14,613 nt of DNA from a virus. Its lineage: Duplodnaviria; Heunggongvirae; Uroviricota; Caudoviricetes; Crassvirales. Where the stretch lies: the IMG/VR virus record IMGVR_UViG_3300035698_016817, positions 64,001-78,613 of that record; one strand, written 5' to 3'. The notes beneath the pieces were generated by a model, which worked only from the letters and a program-made list of their open reading frames with translations, had not been told where the DNA came from and ran no database searches. Below, piece by piece: positions 1 through 9,425 of the stretch (positions within the stretch are counted from its first letter, which is position 1; every line of letters starts with the position of its first letter). A program made the translations under genes and the position numbers.

Positions 1-317
1 ATCGTTGCCGCTTTAGGGTCTGTAGGTATGTCTACAAGCCCAGGCTGCAAAGAATGCTCAGAATGAATTAGCTTTCCGCTTTGGTCATATTGCTTCATTG
101 ACATTGGACCACTCATTCCAACGGTGTTAAAGCTTTCGCCCCCGACGTTCTTAAATGCCATAGAATTCCCTGGCCCTTGACCTCTTAATCCTTGCTCTCT
201 TTGCTCAGGAGTATTAGCTACTTGCATGTTTGCTTGCTTTTCTTGCTGAATCAACTCAGAGATACTTCCCTTGTAGTTGTTTTCATAAGCCCGCATCATT
301 ATGTCGATTGCTTCCAT
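1..317 (-). CDS. Partial ORF running off the left edge; divergent DUF192-like protein
   Basis: Not in the ORF track. The ATG at 317-315 overlaps the TAA of the 914-aa gene (TAATG). Open for 105 codons to the edge: MEAIDIMMRAYENNYKGSISELIQQEKANMQVANTPEQREQGLRGQGPGNSMAFKNVGGESFNTVGMSGPMSMKQYDQSGKLIHSEHSLQPG... VANTPEQREQGL...MAF...FNTVGMSGPMSMKQYDQSGKLIH resembles, from memory, the DUF192 pattern VADTPEERARGL...MLF...FWMKNT..PLDIIFLD..G.V. Confidence 0.6.
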   Translation of the reverse strand, partial: MEAIDIMMRAYENNYKGSISELIQQEKQANMQVANTPEQREQGLRGQGPGNSMAFKNVGGESFNTVGMSGPMSMKQYDQSGKLIHSEHSLQPGLVDIPTDPKAAT

Positions 318-3061
318 TATTCTTTCATTTTCTTTTCCCACCAAGAATCCTCGCTTGTTTTGGGCTCTTTTTTTATCGTAGTTTCTCCATAACCTGGACC
401 GGCATTGTAAGCTTCAGACTTTTTATACCCTCCTAATTGAAAACCAGGTCTTTCTTCTTGGTTTGTTCGTATTGCGTACTTTTTACCTGACTTATCTCCC
501 TCCTGACTACCAAAATACTGAGCCATATTTCTTGCAAAACCGTATGAACTCTGGGCTTTTCCTTTCGCTTCTTTAATTTTGTCAGTGGCGCTTAAATCTC
601 CTCTATCTAAGTGAGCGTAAGCGTCATCGTTGAAATTGTAAGTGTCTAATACTAAAGTATCTGGTTCTGACGTTTCTAAAGTAGGAGTGACAACTATAGA
701 CGTTCTTCCCAAGGAAGATTGTGTTTGAAATCCAGGGTCTGTAAGTAAAGCTTTAGCTGTTTTAACTCCTGAACCTCCGTAAGCTTGATGAGGTCTAAGA
801 GCCTCATAATCCGGGTAACCTATATTGGTTTTTCCTTCGCTTAAGTTTTTTCTAGTGATCTGTCTTAAGACCTCCATTTGATCTCCTGTAAAATCTCCTT
901 CTGTTCTTATTGGAGGCATACTATTAGGACCGTAATTCATTACTTGCTTCCTAAACACGTCATCAGCAAGAGCGGAAATTGGAGTCATTGCTCCGGGAAA
1001 AAAAGATTCTAAAAACCCTGTAACGGGAGCGGCCTCTCTTACGTTTCTTCTAGTCTGTCCATCGCTTTTTGGATTGTCAGTTTTAAACTTTTCATAGAGT
1101 CTATGAGTTTCATCTCCCCACACACCATCTTCATTAAGTTTTTCTCCAATCTGACTTAATTGTGGATACGATTCATTTAAAAATCTCTGCAATGCTTTGA
1201 TGTTGGTCCCTTGTTTAATTACAGGCGAATACGTCTTGGAAATAGGTTCTCCGCCTTCTCCTTCGTTTGGAAAACCTCCTAATTGAAATTGAGGCAGATC
1301 ACCATTTATTTTTTCTTCCCACCAGTAACCGCCATTTTGAAGCTTAGGTTTTCTTGCGGCTCTTTCTGCCTTGATCATTTCTCTTCTTTCACTCGCGCTC
1401 ATTCCTGTTGAATTATGGTTTCTTTTAGCAAGAGCGGCAGCGGTTCCAAAAGTACCTGCCGCCATTGTGCCTACAATCGATTTAAGGCCATTTTCTATAA
1501 AATCAATTTTTTGATTGATTATTTTGTTTTGTCCTGATCGAAGGTCTTGCTTCTTGTCAAATATCTCTCCTAATTCTTGATGTGACTCATTCGTTATACT
1601 TTTATCTAATTCTTTTGCTTTTGCTTTTGTGGTGGCAAGTTTTTCTCCAATCATCTCGTATTCTTCCATCTCTCTTCTTTTCAGAGCCTTCTCTTGCTGA
1701 ACCTTTCTGCTTATTCCGGGATCTCTAGAGCTTATTTTAGCATCTATCTTCTTGGCTCCTTCTGGACGAACAAAATACCCTTCCGTTGGCCCCATATCCT
1801 TTAGTCCTTGATACCCTTTCTTTAGGTTTATGTTGGGGTCAATCTCTGGCAAAACTTTCTTATAAGAATCTAACTTCAAAAACCCTTGATAAGAGTCCAT
1901 TAAACTTGAGGAAATTCTTCTTTGAGACGCAGCCCCATAACCACCCTCTGCAATTAAGTCATTGGAACCTTGAGAAAGATATTTAATCACGTCCAATCTC
2001 TGCTCTGGAGTTCTTCCTTCAGATATAAGATTCATTCTTAGTTCTCCTTGAAATCCAGCCATTCCCTCTTGATTTGGCGTAGAGAACTGGTTCATTATTT
2101 GATTAGAGTTACTACTGTAATTTCCCTCTCCAAGCATTTTCGCACCCGGACCCCTACTTGTTAAGAGGGCTTCACGTATTGTTTGTTCAGAAGAATTTTC
2201 TGGAAGAATAACTCCTCTAAGACTTTTTGAATATCTATCTGAAAAATCATTTACAAGAGACTCGTTTCCCCTAAACTTTTTTGGGTTCATCAAAGCCTCA
2301 TCAAGCATCCCTTTGCTGTCAAGGTAGTATCCATAATTATTTCCTATAAAGTCTTTTGATGCCGGATGATTCATTGGATTCATTTTGCCAAATCCACGAC
2401 GAAGATTATCATACGAATTCTTTAATTGATACTCTCTTCTCCAATAAGGCTTTTGAGCTTCTCTACTAGTTCTTTCAGCAGCGTTAAACGTTTCTTCCGC
2501 AGACTCTTTATAAGGATCAAGGCTGTCTCTAAGTTTTTCGTGTTCTCGTTGAATTCTTTTTGTTCTTTTTAAAGAGTGCACTGGATTTCCAGAAATGAAT
2601 CCATCTATTGTTGGATTAGTGTATTCAGATGCAGCAGCAGCAATCTTTTGAGTTCCCTTATTTACAGCCGCGCCAAGTAATACAGCGCCCATGCCGTAAG
2701 TGGCCCCTTCTGCTGCTGATAACGCTCTATTCCCCCAATTACCACCTCTATTTTTCTGATACTCTTCTGGAGTTGGTCTTTCAAGTGTAAATATTGTGCG
2801 TGGAGCGTATGCAAAATCTGTTCCTAAATCACTAAGGAAATTACCAGCTCTCTGCATGTTGGTGGGCCCTTCACGAAGCGTTCCTTCGCTTGGATTCCTT
2901 CTCTGTTCCACCCTAAACCTTCTTCCTGCCCAAGGCTCTAAAGGAGCAACCTCTTCGAAGTCAGGAATTGGAGGTGTGTTTATGTTAGTGTTGTCTCGTG
3001 CTGCTCCACCAAGTTGAAACTCAGGTAGGTCACTGTTTATTTTTTCTTCCCACCATTTCAT
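317..3061 (-). CDS. 914-aa modular protein, probably virion-associated, with an internal peptidoglycan-binding-like domain
   Basis: Long ORF whose start overlaps the portal stop (ATGA). Segment IKALQRFLNE...LNEDGVWGDETHRLYEKF matches the PG_binding_1 pattern. Repeated WWEEKINxDLPxFQLGG / FQLGG motifs. Lies directly downstream of portal. Confidence 0.8.
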   Translation of the reverse strand: MKWWEEKINSDLPEFQLGGAARDNTNINTPPIPDFEEVAPLEPWAGRRFRVEQRRNPSEGTLREGPTNMQRAGNFLSDLGTDFAYAPRTIFTLERPTPEEYQKNRGGNWGNRALSAAEGATYGMGAVLLGAAVNKGTQKIAAAASEYTNPTIDGFISGNPVHSLKRTKRIQREHEKLRDSLDPYKESAEETFNAAERTSREAQKPYWRREYQLKNSYDNLRRGFGKMNPMNHPASKDFIGNNYGYYLDSKGMLDEALMNPKKFRGNESLVNDFSDRYSKSLRGVILPENSSEQTIREALLTSRGPGAKMLGEGNYSSNSNQIMNQFSTPNQEGMAGFQGELRMNLISEGRTPEQRLDVIKYLSQGSNDLIAEGGYGAASQRRISSSLMDSYQGFLKLDSYKKVLPEIDPNINLKKGYQGLKDMGPTEGYFVRPEGAKKIDAKISSRDPGISRKVQQEKALKRREMEEYEMIGEKLATTKAKAKELDKSITNESHQELGEIFDKKQDLRSGQNKIINQKIDFIENGLKSIVGTMAAGTFGTAAALAKRNHNSTGMSASERREMIKAERAARKPKLQNGGYWWEEKINGDLPQFQLGGFPNEGEGGEPISKTYSPVIKQGTNIKALQRFLNESYPQLSQIGEKLNEDGVWGDETHRLYEKFKTDNPKSDGQTRRNVREAAPVTGFLESFFPGAMTPISALADDVFRKQVMNYGPNSMPPIRTEGDFTGDQMEVLRQITRKNLSEGKTNIGYPDYEALRPHQAYGGSGVKTAKALLTDPGFQTQSSLGRTSIVVTPTLETSEPDTLVLDTYNFNDDAYAHLDRGDLSATDKIKEAKGKAQSSYGFARNMAQYFGSQEGDKSGKKYAIRTNQEERPGFQLGGYKKSEAYNAGPGYGETTIKKEPKTSEDSWWEKKMKE
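1274..1324 (-). repeat. Copy 2 of the intragenic 17-codon repeat (WWEEKINGDLPQFQLGG)
   Basis: 15 of 17 residues identical to copy 1, with synonymous DNA differences. Preceded by a further LQNGG. Confidence 0.9.
3005..3055 (-). repeat. Copy 1 of an intragenic 17-codon repeat (WWEEKINSDLPEFQLGG)
   Basis: Near-identical peptide at 1274-1324 (WWEEKINGDLPQFQLGG). Partial copies at 428-442 (FQLGG) and 329-343 (WWEKK). Confidence 0.9.
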
Positions 3062-5355
3062 TTTCTTGCAGTTGGAGTTGGTTTGTCACGCGTAATTTTC
3101 TCAGTAGCCTGATTGTGACGAATCGTTTCACTAAGCTGCCCTTCTTTTACCCGCGTCTCTCTGTTCTTGAAAGCGTTCTCCATTTGTGTTGGCCCTTCTG
3201 GAGCAGCTGTAGTTGTAGTTGCAATAGGCTCTGAATACTTAGAAGCGGCATTTGCATCTGCAATCTGAAGAAGCGTGTCATTGTGCTCTCTAGCGATCTT
3301 CTCCTTAGACTCTCGGTCTTTATCGTTGTCAGCAAATTCAGCTTCTCTTATCGCTTGTTCAGCTTTAGATTGTTCAGCCATAGCTTGTTGCTCTGCTTGT
3401 TGAGCTTGTTGTTGCTGTTGAGCTAATTCATCTTCAACTTTTTTGATTTTTTCTTTCATCAAAACGAAGTTTTCTTGATCAATAATCTCTAACGCTGTAG
3501 ACGCAGGGCCCCCTTTTTGAACGATTCCCTGAGCAACTTGAATTGCGTAATTGAGCTTCTCTTGATCTTTAGAAGAGTCGCTCATAAAGACTCCGAGGTC
3601 AGAGTAATTCCAAACTTCAGGATCAATATTCAAATACTCTCTAGTTCCGTCTGGCATAACGAAGCTGGTTTTCTTACCGTCTTTCCAGCAGTGCTTGCTT
3701 AAGTCGAGAAGGGCTTGCATGTCTCTTTGTTCGAAACCAGCAAACTTACGATACATGTCTTCAGTTGTATGTGAGCTTTGAACGATAGCTTGCTGTCCAG
3801 TAGCTTTCCCTTCGTAAGGAGACATTTCACCTAGCCTTTGGCGATTTACTCCAGCAACTCTGTGCCATTCTTCTTCAATACTTGCGAGAAGATTTAAGTA
3901 CATATCAATCGTTTTGATTGACAAATCCATTACTGTTTGGTGCTGAGGATTTAACCTGATTCCTTCTTTATTGTAATCTACCCAGGCTATTCCTGAGCCC
4001 TCGACCATATTCATGAATTTATCCATACTCCATTTCTTTGGAATAAGGTTGATGTCAAACTGAGCAATGATGTCTTTAGAACGAGCGATTGCCAATTCTA
4101 AACGGTATTTATACGTGTTGTAGTTTAGCTGATAAGGAATCCCTAGCATTACCGGGCTCACGTTAGCAGTGTTTATGTCAGAGTAACGTCTCCCGTTTAT
4201 CGGAAGCTTGTTCTTAGAAACGTTGTCAATTGAAGCTCTTTCGTATGCGTACGGCTGAACGTCTATACTAAAACCAGAATCGTTGTCTCCAATGTTAGTT
4301 CCTTCCCAGACTTTATTATCCCACAACCACTGAATTTTAGCTTCTAGTTCTTTTAACCATGGCTCTATTTTGTAGCCATCTTCAACCTCAAACATTTCTT
4401 CCGCTCCTGTCATTGGGTCGAGGTAAGATACAATCCCACGTCTCTCCATCCCTTGCCAGTAAACAGTCGTGACTTTTGTCAATCGATTACTTTGTCTGGA
4501 AGTTCTTGAATCTCTAAGAGAAGTAAATCCGTCAAAGTATTCTCCTTTTCCTGAATCAGAAAATATCTCGTCCATTTGATCGGTGGTCATTCTACTTCCC
4601 CACCTCTCTATTATCTGACTTGGAGTCATCCACCTAGTAATAACAGCCCAGTCCGCGTCTTCTACGTAATCTAATTCGGGGTCCAAGTCGTAATCAATAT
4701 CCATAGGGTTGAGCGGGTAGTAACTTACTTCGTTGTTTCTCAAAGTTCTCTCAGAGAAGCATTCTCCAGAGACCATAAAGTGGAACCAACATTTCTGCAG
4801 GTTCTCATGAACTCTTGCTTCTCTAATGATATAAGCCATCCCTTTTTGACCCAATACGGCGTGATTATCAACATAAGAACGGTTATGCATTTCTGCAGCT
4901 ACCTTAGGTTCTTGAGTCTCTTTTGACTCTTGTCCGGTTTCCATTCCAGCTTCATTCATGGCGTTAACCATGTCTTGTTCTATGGTTCCCAGAATGGAAG
5001 TGTTTAGCTCAGTTTCTTTTCTTGTGATGGTATCCTGGTTTGTGACAACCACGCTGTAATTGAAAGGCCTCTTAGCTTTTTCTCCTAATAAGTAATCGAT
5101 TACTGGCTTGATTAACGGGTAGTTCCGCATCTTAGAAGGGAAGAACTCTCTTTTCTTTCCGTAAGGTTTAAGTACGTAGTCGTAATCCGACGTATTAATT
5201 ACTCCGTTGTAATAATCGTAAAGCTTTTGAAGCCCTTCTCTTCTGCTTTGACCACGATCATCTATCAGCGAAATATACGCTGCCATGGTAGTGTCTTTAA
5301 ATTCTTTCCCTTTTCTAGAGATAGGAATTCTTTGATTGGGGATATTTTCGTGCAT
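3058..5355 (-). CDS. Portal protein, crAss-like
   Basis: 765 aa directly downstream of TerL. Motifs YDYYNG, YPLIKPVIDYLLGE, PMDIDYD, WHRVAGVNRQRLG and DLGVFMSDS resemble crAss-type portals as I recall them. Q-rich coiled-coil C-terminus. Confidence 0.85.
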   Translation of the reverse strand: MHENIPNQRIPISRKGKEFKDTTMAAYISLIDDRGQSRREGLQKLYDYYNGVINTSDYDYVLKPYGKKREFFPSKMRNYPLIKPVIDYLLGEKAKRPFNYSVVVTNQDTITRKETELNTSILGTIEQDMVNAMNEAGMETGQESKETQEPKVAAEMHNRSYVDNHAVLGQKGMAYIIREARVHENLQKCWFHFMVSGECFSERTLRNNEVSYYPLNPMDIDYDLDPELDYVEDADWAVITRWMTPSQIIERWGSRMTTDQMDEIFSDSGKGEYFDGFTSLRDSRTSRQSNRLTKVTTVYWQGMERRGIVSYLDPMTGAEEMFEVEDGYKIEPWLKELEAKIQWLWDNKVWEGTNIGDNDSGFSIDVQPYAYERASIDNVSKNKLPINGRRYSDINTANVSPVMLGIPYQLNYNTYKYRLELAIARSKDIIAQFDINLIPKKWSMDKFMNMVEGSGIAWVDYNKEGIRLNPQHQTVMDLSIKTIDMYLNLLASIEEEWHRVAGVNRQRLGEMSPYEGKATGQQAIVQSSHTTEDMYRKFAGFEQRDMQALLDLSKHCWKDGKKTSFVMPDGTREYLNIDPEVWNYSDLGVFMSDSSKDQEKLNYAIQVAQGIVQKGGPASTALEIIDQENFVLMKEKIKKVEDELAQQQQQAQQAEQQAMAEQSKAEQAIREAEFADNDKDRESKEKIAREHNDTLLQIADANAASKYSEPIATTTTAAPEGPTQMENAFKNRETRVKEGQLSETIRHNQATEKITRDKPTPTARK

Positions 5356-5359
5356 ATTA

Positions 5360-5367
5360 CAAATTTA
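5360..5367 (-). promoter_or_regulatory. Bacteroidota sigma-A -7 box TAAATTTG, 4 nt before the portal ATG (probable leaderless mRNA)
   Basis: Minus strand reads TAAATTTG-TAAT-ATG in the only sizeable intergenic gap of the packaging operon. Matches the TAnnTTTG consensus. Confidence 0.65.
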
Positions 5368-5432
5368 CTTTATACGTGAAGAATGTCTTTAGTTAGCTAC
5401 TCATTTTGTGCCACTCTTTTAATAACATGACA

Positions 5433-7484
5433 TTAAATATATGACACTCGTTCGTTGTCATCATCATCACTTGAATAAAACTCTCCTCGATCGTAATCTT
5501 TAGGTGGCCCTTGCTCACCTCCAAACATTCTATCAAAGAACTCATCTTGTGACCTGTCGTTATTGGGTTGAGTAACTTCTGCGTGAGTCAATTCTTTCAT
5601 GTGGTACATTCCCACAAACAATGACATTACCCTGTCAAAGTTACCAGTTTGATTGAATTTCATCATCTCTAGTAAAAGACCTGGGTCATAAATTTTGTTT
5701 ACGTTAAAAATATACCCTCCTTCAGCTGTCTTACTTCTTTCGCTTTCAGTCCAGTCTCTTAAGTACAATTCTCCTTGCAATTTCCTTTGAGGAGTCATGT
5801 GCATGCCGTATCCACGGTTAACGTTTTTACTGCTGAGCTCTTTTGTGTGAAGCATCTCAAATTCCTCTTGCAAGTAGTGAAGTTTTAGTTTTCTCTTAGC
5901 AAATGGAATTACCTCTCCCCTGTCATTCTCAAATCCAATCTTAGCGTTGTAATACTCGCTCAAAAGGAAGAGATTTTTATTGTACTCATCCTGTGTCAAG
6001 GGCCTTCCCACATAACTGGCCACGATCATGTCGTCAGGCTGAGATATATTATTTGCTCGCTTAATCACGTAAGCAGAACCGAGAGACCTTGTTTGAGCTT
6101 TGTCTTGACCGTAAGGGTCATGGCAAATAAAGTACATGAAATTTGGAACGCTATTTCCTTGCTTAAAAGGAGGCTCCCAAATAACTACGCAACCAGTTAC
6201 GTCATCTTTTTTCTTGTGAGGAAATTGATATACCGGCTTTAAATTATGATCAACCTTAAACGTTACTCCTTCTTTACCAGGAACAAGCTTCCCTGGCGTG
6301 CCAAGATTAGTCAGGTTGTGAACTGTAACTCTATCAAGCTGCGCTTTAATCAGAGCCACGTTAAAGAGGTTTCCAGAGACCTGCAGCGTTGCTTCCTCTG
6401 GCGTCCAAGGGTTCTCTGCTAAATAAGAATCGTAAGACTTGGGATTAGCCCCAGTTCTTTTCTTCTCCCTTTCTTCAAGTTCGAATATCTTAGCTTCTTC
6501 AATAAGGCTGTTTCCGTCTTCGTCTATAAACCCTTCAAGGATTTTGAAAATTGGACAGAAATATCCGCACTTAGTTCCAAATGAAGATTCGGACCAATCG
6601 TTGTCAAACTCTAGGATATCGTAACTGCCAGGATTGTAGTACAGTTCGTTTAGCCCTTCGAATCCAGTTCCTTCTGTTCCACCGGTTCCAAACGCAATCA
6701 TCAATCCAAGAGTTTTATTACCCTGTTTCATTGACGGCATCGCTCTGTTCCAAGCGTCTAGAAGTTCAGGAAAATCACCAGCTTCTTCATAGAAAATAAG
6801 CTCAGCTCCTTTTCCCCTTACTTTGTCTGGATCGTCTTTTAGAGATACTCCAGAAATAGAGTTTCCAGTTCCTTTTTCAACAAACGTTCCTTTTACTTTT
6901 TCTTGGTATCCAGACCGCTTGGCCATTGTTCCGTTTTTCAGTCTAGGCTGAGTCCAAGCAGTGTGCTGATCAATGAAGTTCATGATGTCCCAAACCTTTG
7001 GCAGGATTGCATCATCGCCTTCAAGGTGTTCTTTAAGGCCAGCGTAAACAAAGTTTTTGGTCTTTCTTTTTAGGAAGTAGTTTCTGCAAAGCATCGCTGC
7101 AGCTTTGTAAGAGAAACCTTTCCGTCTCGCTTTGAGAACAACCATGTGTTTGTTCTCCCTCCTTGCTTGGTCAATCTTCGAAAAATAATAATGGTCTTCA
7201 TCGTAGAACCTTGGAAAGTTCTCGTGACGTTCAGAAATGACGTCGCCATTAGGAAGCTCTACGTCCTTTACCCTACGCATTCTACAGAAATTCACATAGA
7301 AATAGTGAAAACCAGTAATGGTTATGTCCCCTTCTTCAGTAGTGTAACCGTAGAGGCACCGTCTCTTTTCTTCACGCCAATACTCTAACCATTTCTGTGT
7401 TCCCTTTGGATGGTGGGTGTACACTCCATGTGCGTTGTAATAATTGGCGGCCTCAGTAAGTCTTCCTGTATTTTTAAAAATCAT
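5433..7484 (-). CDS. terL: Terminase large subunit
   Basis: 683 aa. Walker A-like KARRKGFSY, Walker B IFYEEAG, motif III FGTGG, RNase H-like nuclease ICHDPYGQD ... FDRVMS. Adjacent to portal. Confidence 0.93.
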   Translation of the reverse strand: MIFKNTGRLTEAANYYNAHGVYTHHPKGTQKWLEYWREEKRRCLYGYTTEEGDITITGFHYFYVNFCRMRRVKDVELPNGDVISERHENFPRFYDEDHYYFSKIDQARRENKHMVVLKARRKGFSYKAAAMLCRNYFLKRKTKNFVYAGLKEHLEGDDAILPKVWDIMNFIDQHTAWTQPRLKNGTMAKRSGYQEKVKGTFVEKGTGNSISGVSLKDDPDKVRGKGAELIFYEEAGDFPELLDAWNRAMPSMKQGNKTLGLMIAFGTGGTEGTGFEGLNELYYNPGSYDILEFDNDWSESSFGTKCGYFCPIFKILEGFIDEDGNSLIEEAKIFELEEREKKRTGANPKSYDSYLAENPWTPEEATLQVSGNLFNVALIKAQLDRVTVHNLTNLGTPGKLVPGKEGVTFKVDHNLKPVYQFPHKKKDDVTGCVVIWEPPFKQGNSVPNFMYFICHDPYGQDKAQTRSLGSAYVIKRANNISQPDDMIVASYVGRPLTQDEYNKNLFLLSEYYNAKIGFENDRGEVIPFAKRKLKLHYLQEEFEMLHTKELSSKNVNRGYGMHMTPQRKLQGELYLRDWTESERSKTAEGGYIFNVNKIYDPGLLLEMMKFNQTGNFDRVMSLFVGMYHMKELTHAEVTQPNNDRSQDEFFDRMFGGEQGPPKDYDRGEFYSSDDDDNERVSYI

Positions 7485-7996
7485 CTACTAAATTCATTGA
7501 CTTCTACGCCCCCTCGCGTAGAGCTTTCATCAGACTCCTTTTCAGCAGCTTCTTCTAGCATCTTCAATGATGATACAGTTTTCCCCATTTTCTCTAGGAT
7601 GTTTATGTGTTTAAGAGCGTCATAATCTCCTGATTGTGTATCAACAGCTGTTAGCCAAATTTGAAGATTATTAATGCTCTCACGAGCCGCTCTTAACAAC
7701 TTCATTGTAGACGTTTCATTCTGATTGTAAAATTCTAGAACCACGTTAACCGTTTCGTCTATCTCTGTTTCTTTCCCGAATATGTCTACAGTAATTTGAA
7801 CGTGCTTGTTCAGTTCTGCGAGACCGTTGTAAAAAGATCTGGCGTCTCTCATTTGAAACACGTAAGTCAACCATTTGCAACCTTGAATGGTTCCGTGTTT
7901 TAGTAATAAATTTTGAATTGGTATTAACGAAATTGCGTACTCGCTAGGCTTTACACCCATTTCATCGTCCAACTCCAGCATTCTTTCTCTTAGCAT
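7481..7996 (-). CDS. Helical 171-aa protein immediately upstream of TerL (possible small terminase)
   Basis: ATGA overlap with terL. The function is inferred from position only. Confidence 0.6.
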   Translation of the reverse strand: MLRERMLELDDEMGVKPSEYAISLIPIQNLLLKHGTIQGCKWLTYVFQMRDARSFYNGLAELNKHVQITVDIFGKETEIDETVNVVLEFYNQNETSTMKLLRAARESINNLQIWLTAVDTQSGDYDALKHINILEKMGKTVSSLKMLEEAAEKESDESSTRGGVEVNEFSR

Positions 7997-8195
7997 CTTT
8001 TAATCTTTTAAGCCTTCCTGGCAATACATGAAATCTACCCAAATAAGGTAGTCTTACGCTTTGATACTTTCCTTCAGCCATAGTCTTCGCGGTTAATTTA
8101 AACTGAGAATACACTGCTTTTTCAACTATGTTTAAAGGTAAGTTGAATTCCGTTGCAAGCAACTGAATGACATCTTTAGGATCTTTTGACTCCAT
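7962..8195 (-). CDS. HU/IHF-like small DNA-binding protein (short, lacks most of the beta-arm)
   Basis: DVIQLLATEFNLPLNIVEKAVYSQFKLTAKTMAEGKYQSVRLPYLGRFHV fits the HU/IHF helix-helix-beta pattern (V.L..(F/L)G.F). IHF-like genes occur near the packaging module in crAss-like phages. Confidence 0.75.
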   Translation of the reverse strand: MESKDPKDVIQLLATEFNLPLNIVEKAVYSQFKLTAKTMAEGKYQSVRLPYLGRFHVLPGRLKRLKDAKRKNAGVGR

Positions 8196-8439
8196 CTAAT
8201 CTTTCCCATTTAGGGTTTTTATTATCTGCGCATTGAGTTGTTTGCCACTTTCCTTTTGTAGGCATGTGGCAACCGCATAGCGTGCACCTTTCAGGGCCCT
8301 TAGCAAAAAAAGGGCATTCAAAACACAACTCCATTCTTTTTTTGTACTCTGTCGGGGTAACTGTTTTGGCTTTGTTTTTAACGTGCTTAACAAGTTCGTT
8401 TGCAAAAGCCCAAGCCAATTTTAAAGGTGTGTTCTTCAT
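8176..8439 (-). CDS. Small Cys-rich putative metal-binding protein
   Basis: CFEC-x9-CTLCGC-x11-C pattern ending in PKW. Start overlaps the upstream stop (ATGA). Confidence 0.7.
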   Translation of the reverse strand: MKNTPLKLAWAFANELVKHVKNKAKTVTPTEYKKRMELCFECPFFAKGPERCTLCGCHMPTKGKWQTTQCADNKNPKWERLDGVKRS

Positions 8440-8627
8440 TGCTTTATGTCTAATTGTCTGAGCACTCCGTTCTTGTCATAGATTGCGAATATAAGGGTTC
8501 TTCCATGTCCAAATATCTGAGTAATGGTTCCTTTTGCTTTGCTTCCGCTAGGATGCCCCATAAATGCGCACTTCCACGGACCGATGTTTTTGCAAAAGCT
8601 TTGATAAGCTGTATTCTCCTTTGTCAT
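8436..8627 (-). CDS. Hypothetical small protein; start uncertain (8627 or 8561)
   Basis: Fills the gap between neighbours and its stop overlaps the next ATG. It overlaps the upstream gene by 80 nt if started at 8627. Confidence 0.45.
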   Translation of the reverse strand: MTKENTAYQSFCKNIGPWKCAFMGHPSGSKAKGTITQIFGHGRTLIFAIYDKNGVLRQLDIKQ

Positions 8628-8886
8628 TTTTTTCTAGAGCTTTTTTGTCCTTAATTCTTTTAATGTAAGTATTTGTTACAGCTGCTGTAACTCCTAGCTT
8701 TCCACTTGACGCCAACCTGTTTTCTTTCGAGCACAACTTTCCTGGAGAATCTAATAACACTTCAAGAATCCTTAATTCTTTCGAAGTCATTTGAAACATT
8801 CCGTTCCAAAATTTAAGGTAGCTATGAGTAGTTAAAAGTTTTACGTTTACCCTTAATCTTTCCGTTTCTTTCTTACTAGCGTGCAT
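8548..8886 (-). CDS. Winged-helix-like DNA-binding protein
   Basis: MTSKELRILEVLL...SGKLGVTAAVTNTYIKRIKDKKALEKNDKGEYSL resembles a MarR-like wHTH. Confidence 0.6.
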   Translation of the reverse strand: MHASKKETERLRVNVKLLTTHSYLKFWNGMFQMTSKELRILEVLLDSPGKLCSKENRLASSGKLGVTAAVTNTYIKRIKDKKALEKNDKGEYSLSKLLQKHRSVEVRIYGAS

Positions 8887-9101
8887 GATGATCCTTCAAT
8901 TAATATTTCTCCATTACTGTTTTCAAAAGCGTTGTATTTTGAAGCTACAGCGGCCATGTCTGTAAACTGGTTTATGTAAGTAAGAACGCGGTCAACCTCC
9001 TTTCGAAGTTCAACCGCGTCTTCTTTCATTTTAATTCCGCCAGTAGAGTTGCCCTCTAATTTCTTAAAGTCTTCTAGCGATATTGTCACTGAACCAGTCA
9101 T
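8853..9101 (-). CDS. Hypothetical 82-aa protein (start moved to ATG 9101)
   Basis: The ATG at 9101 overlaps the GroES-like stop (TGATG), which is more plausible than the track start at 9143. Protein begins MTGSVTISLEDFKKL. Confidence 0.65.
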   Translation of the reverse strand: MTGSVTISLEDFKKLEGNSTGGIKMKEDAVELRKEVDRVLTYINQFTDMAAVASKYNAFENSNGEILIEGSSCTLVRKKRKD

Positions 9102-9424
9102 CAAACAATCATTAGGATTTGTCCCTCCTGAACATAAGCGCAAATTTCTCCAGTTTCTTCGTTGACTTCAACTAAACATCCTTCCATTCGCGGGTCAACA
9201 ATAATCTTTGTTCCTGGAGGCATTAGGTTGCGAGACTTTACATCTGGACCACAAGCCACAACTGTTTGCGTTACCATACTAGATATTTCTTCAGCTTCTA
9301 GTTGTGCTTTAGTTTCCTTTGGTATGAAGATCTTAGAAGCTTCATCCTTAAATCGTCTGGGGTCGTCAAGAATGACCCAAGAAGTTAATGCTATAACTTT
9401 CGTTAGCGTTTTAATTTTTGACAT
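9101..9424 (-). CDS. GroES/Cpn10-like co-chaperonin
   Basis: 107 aa. WVILD..., mobile-loop-like SKIFIPKETK, VVACGPDV, GTKIIVDP and VQEGQILMIV follow the GroES pattern. Confidence 0.7.
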   Translation of the reverse strand: MSKIKTLTKVIALTSWVILDDPRRFKDEASKIFIPKETKAQLEAEEISSMVTQTVVACGPDVKSRNLMPPGTKIIVDPRMEGCLVEVNEETGEICAYVQEGQILMIV

Positions 9425-9425
9425 G

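Noticed and set aside
3340-3430. Gln/Ala-rich low-complexity stretch (CAA/CAG repeats)
   Set aside because: Ordinary coiled-coil tail of the portal, not an independent repeat element.
5433-7484. Intron or intein in the terminase
   Set aside because: Continuous ORF of ordinary length with ATPase and nuclease motifs in order; no intein or homing-endonuclease signatures.
192-8654. Plus-strand ORFs of 60-80 aa (192-392, 230-436, 1786-1986, 2796-3017, 2998-3234, 3517-3702, 6439-6799, 7146-7625, 8264-8654)
   Set aside because: Antisense shadows of well-supported minus-strand genes.
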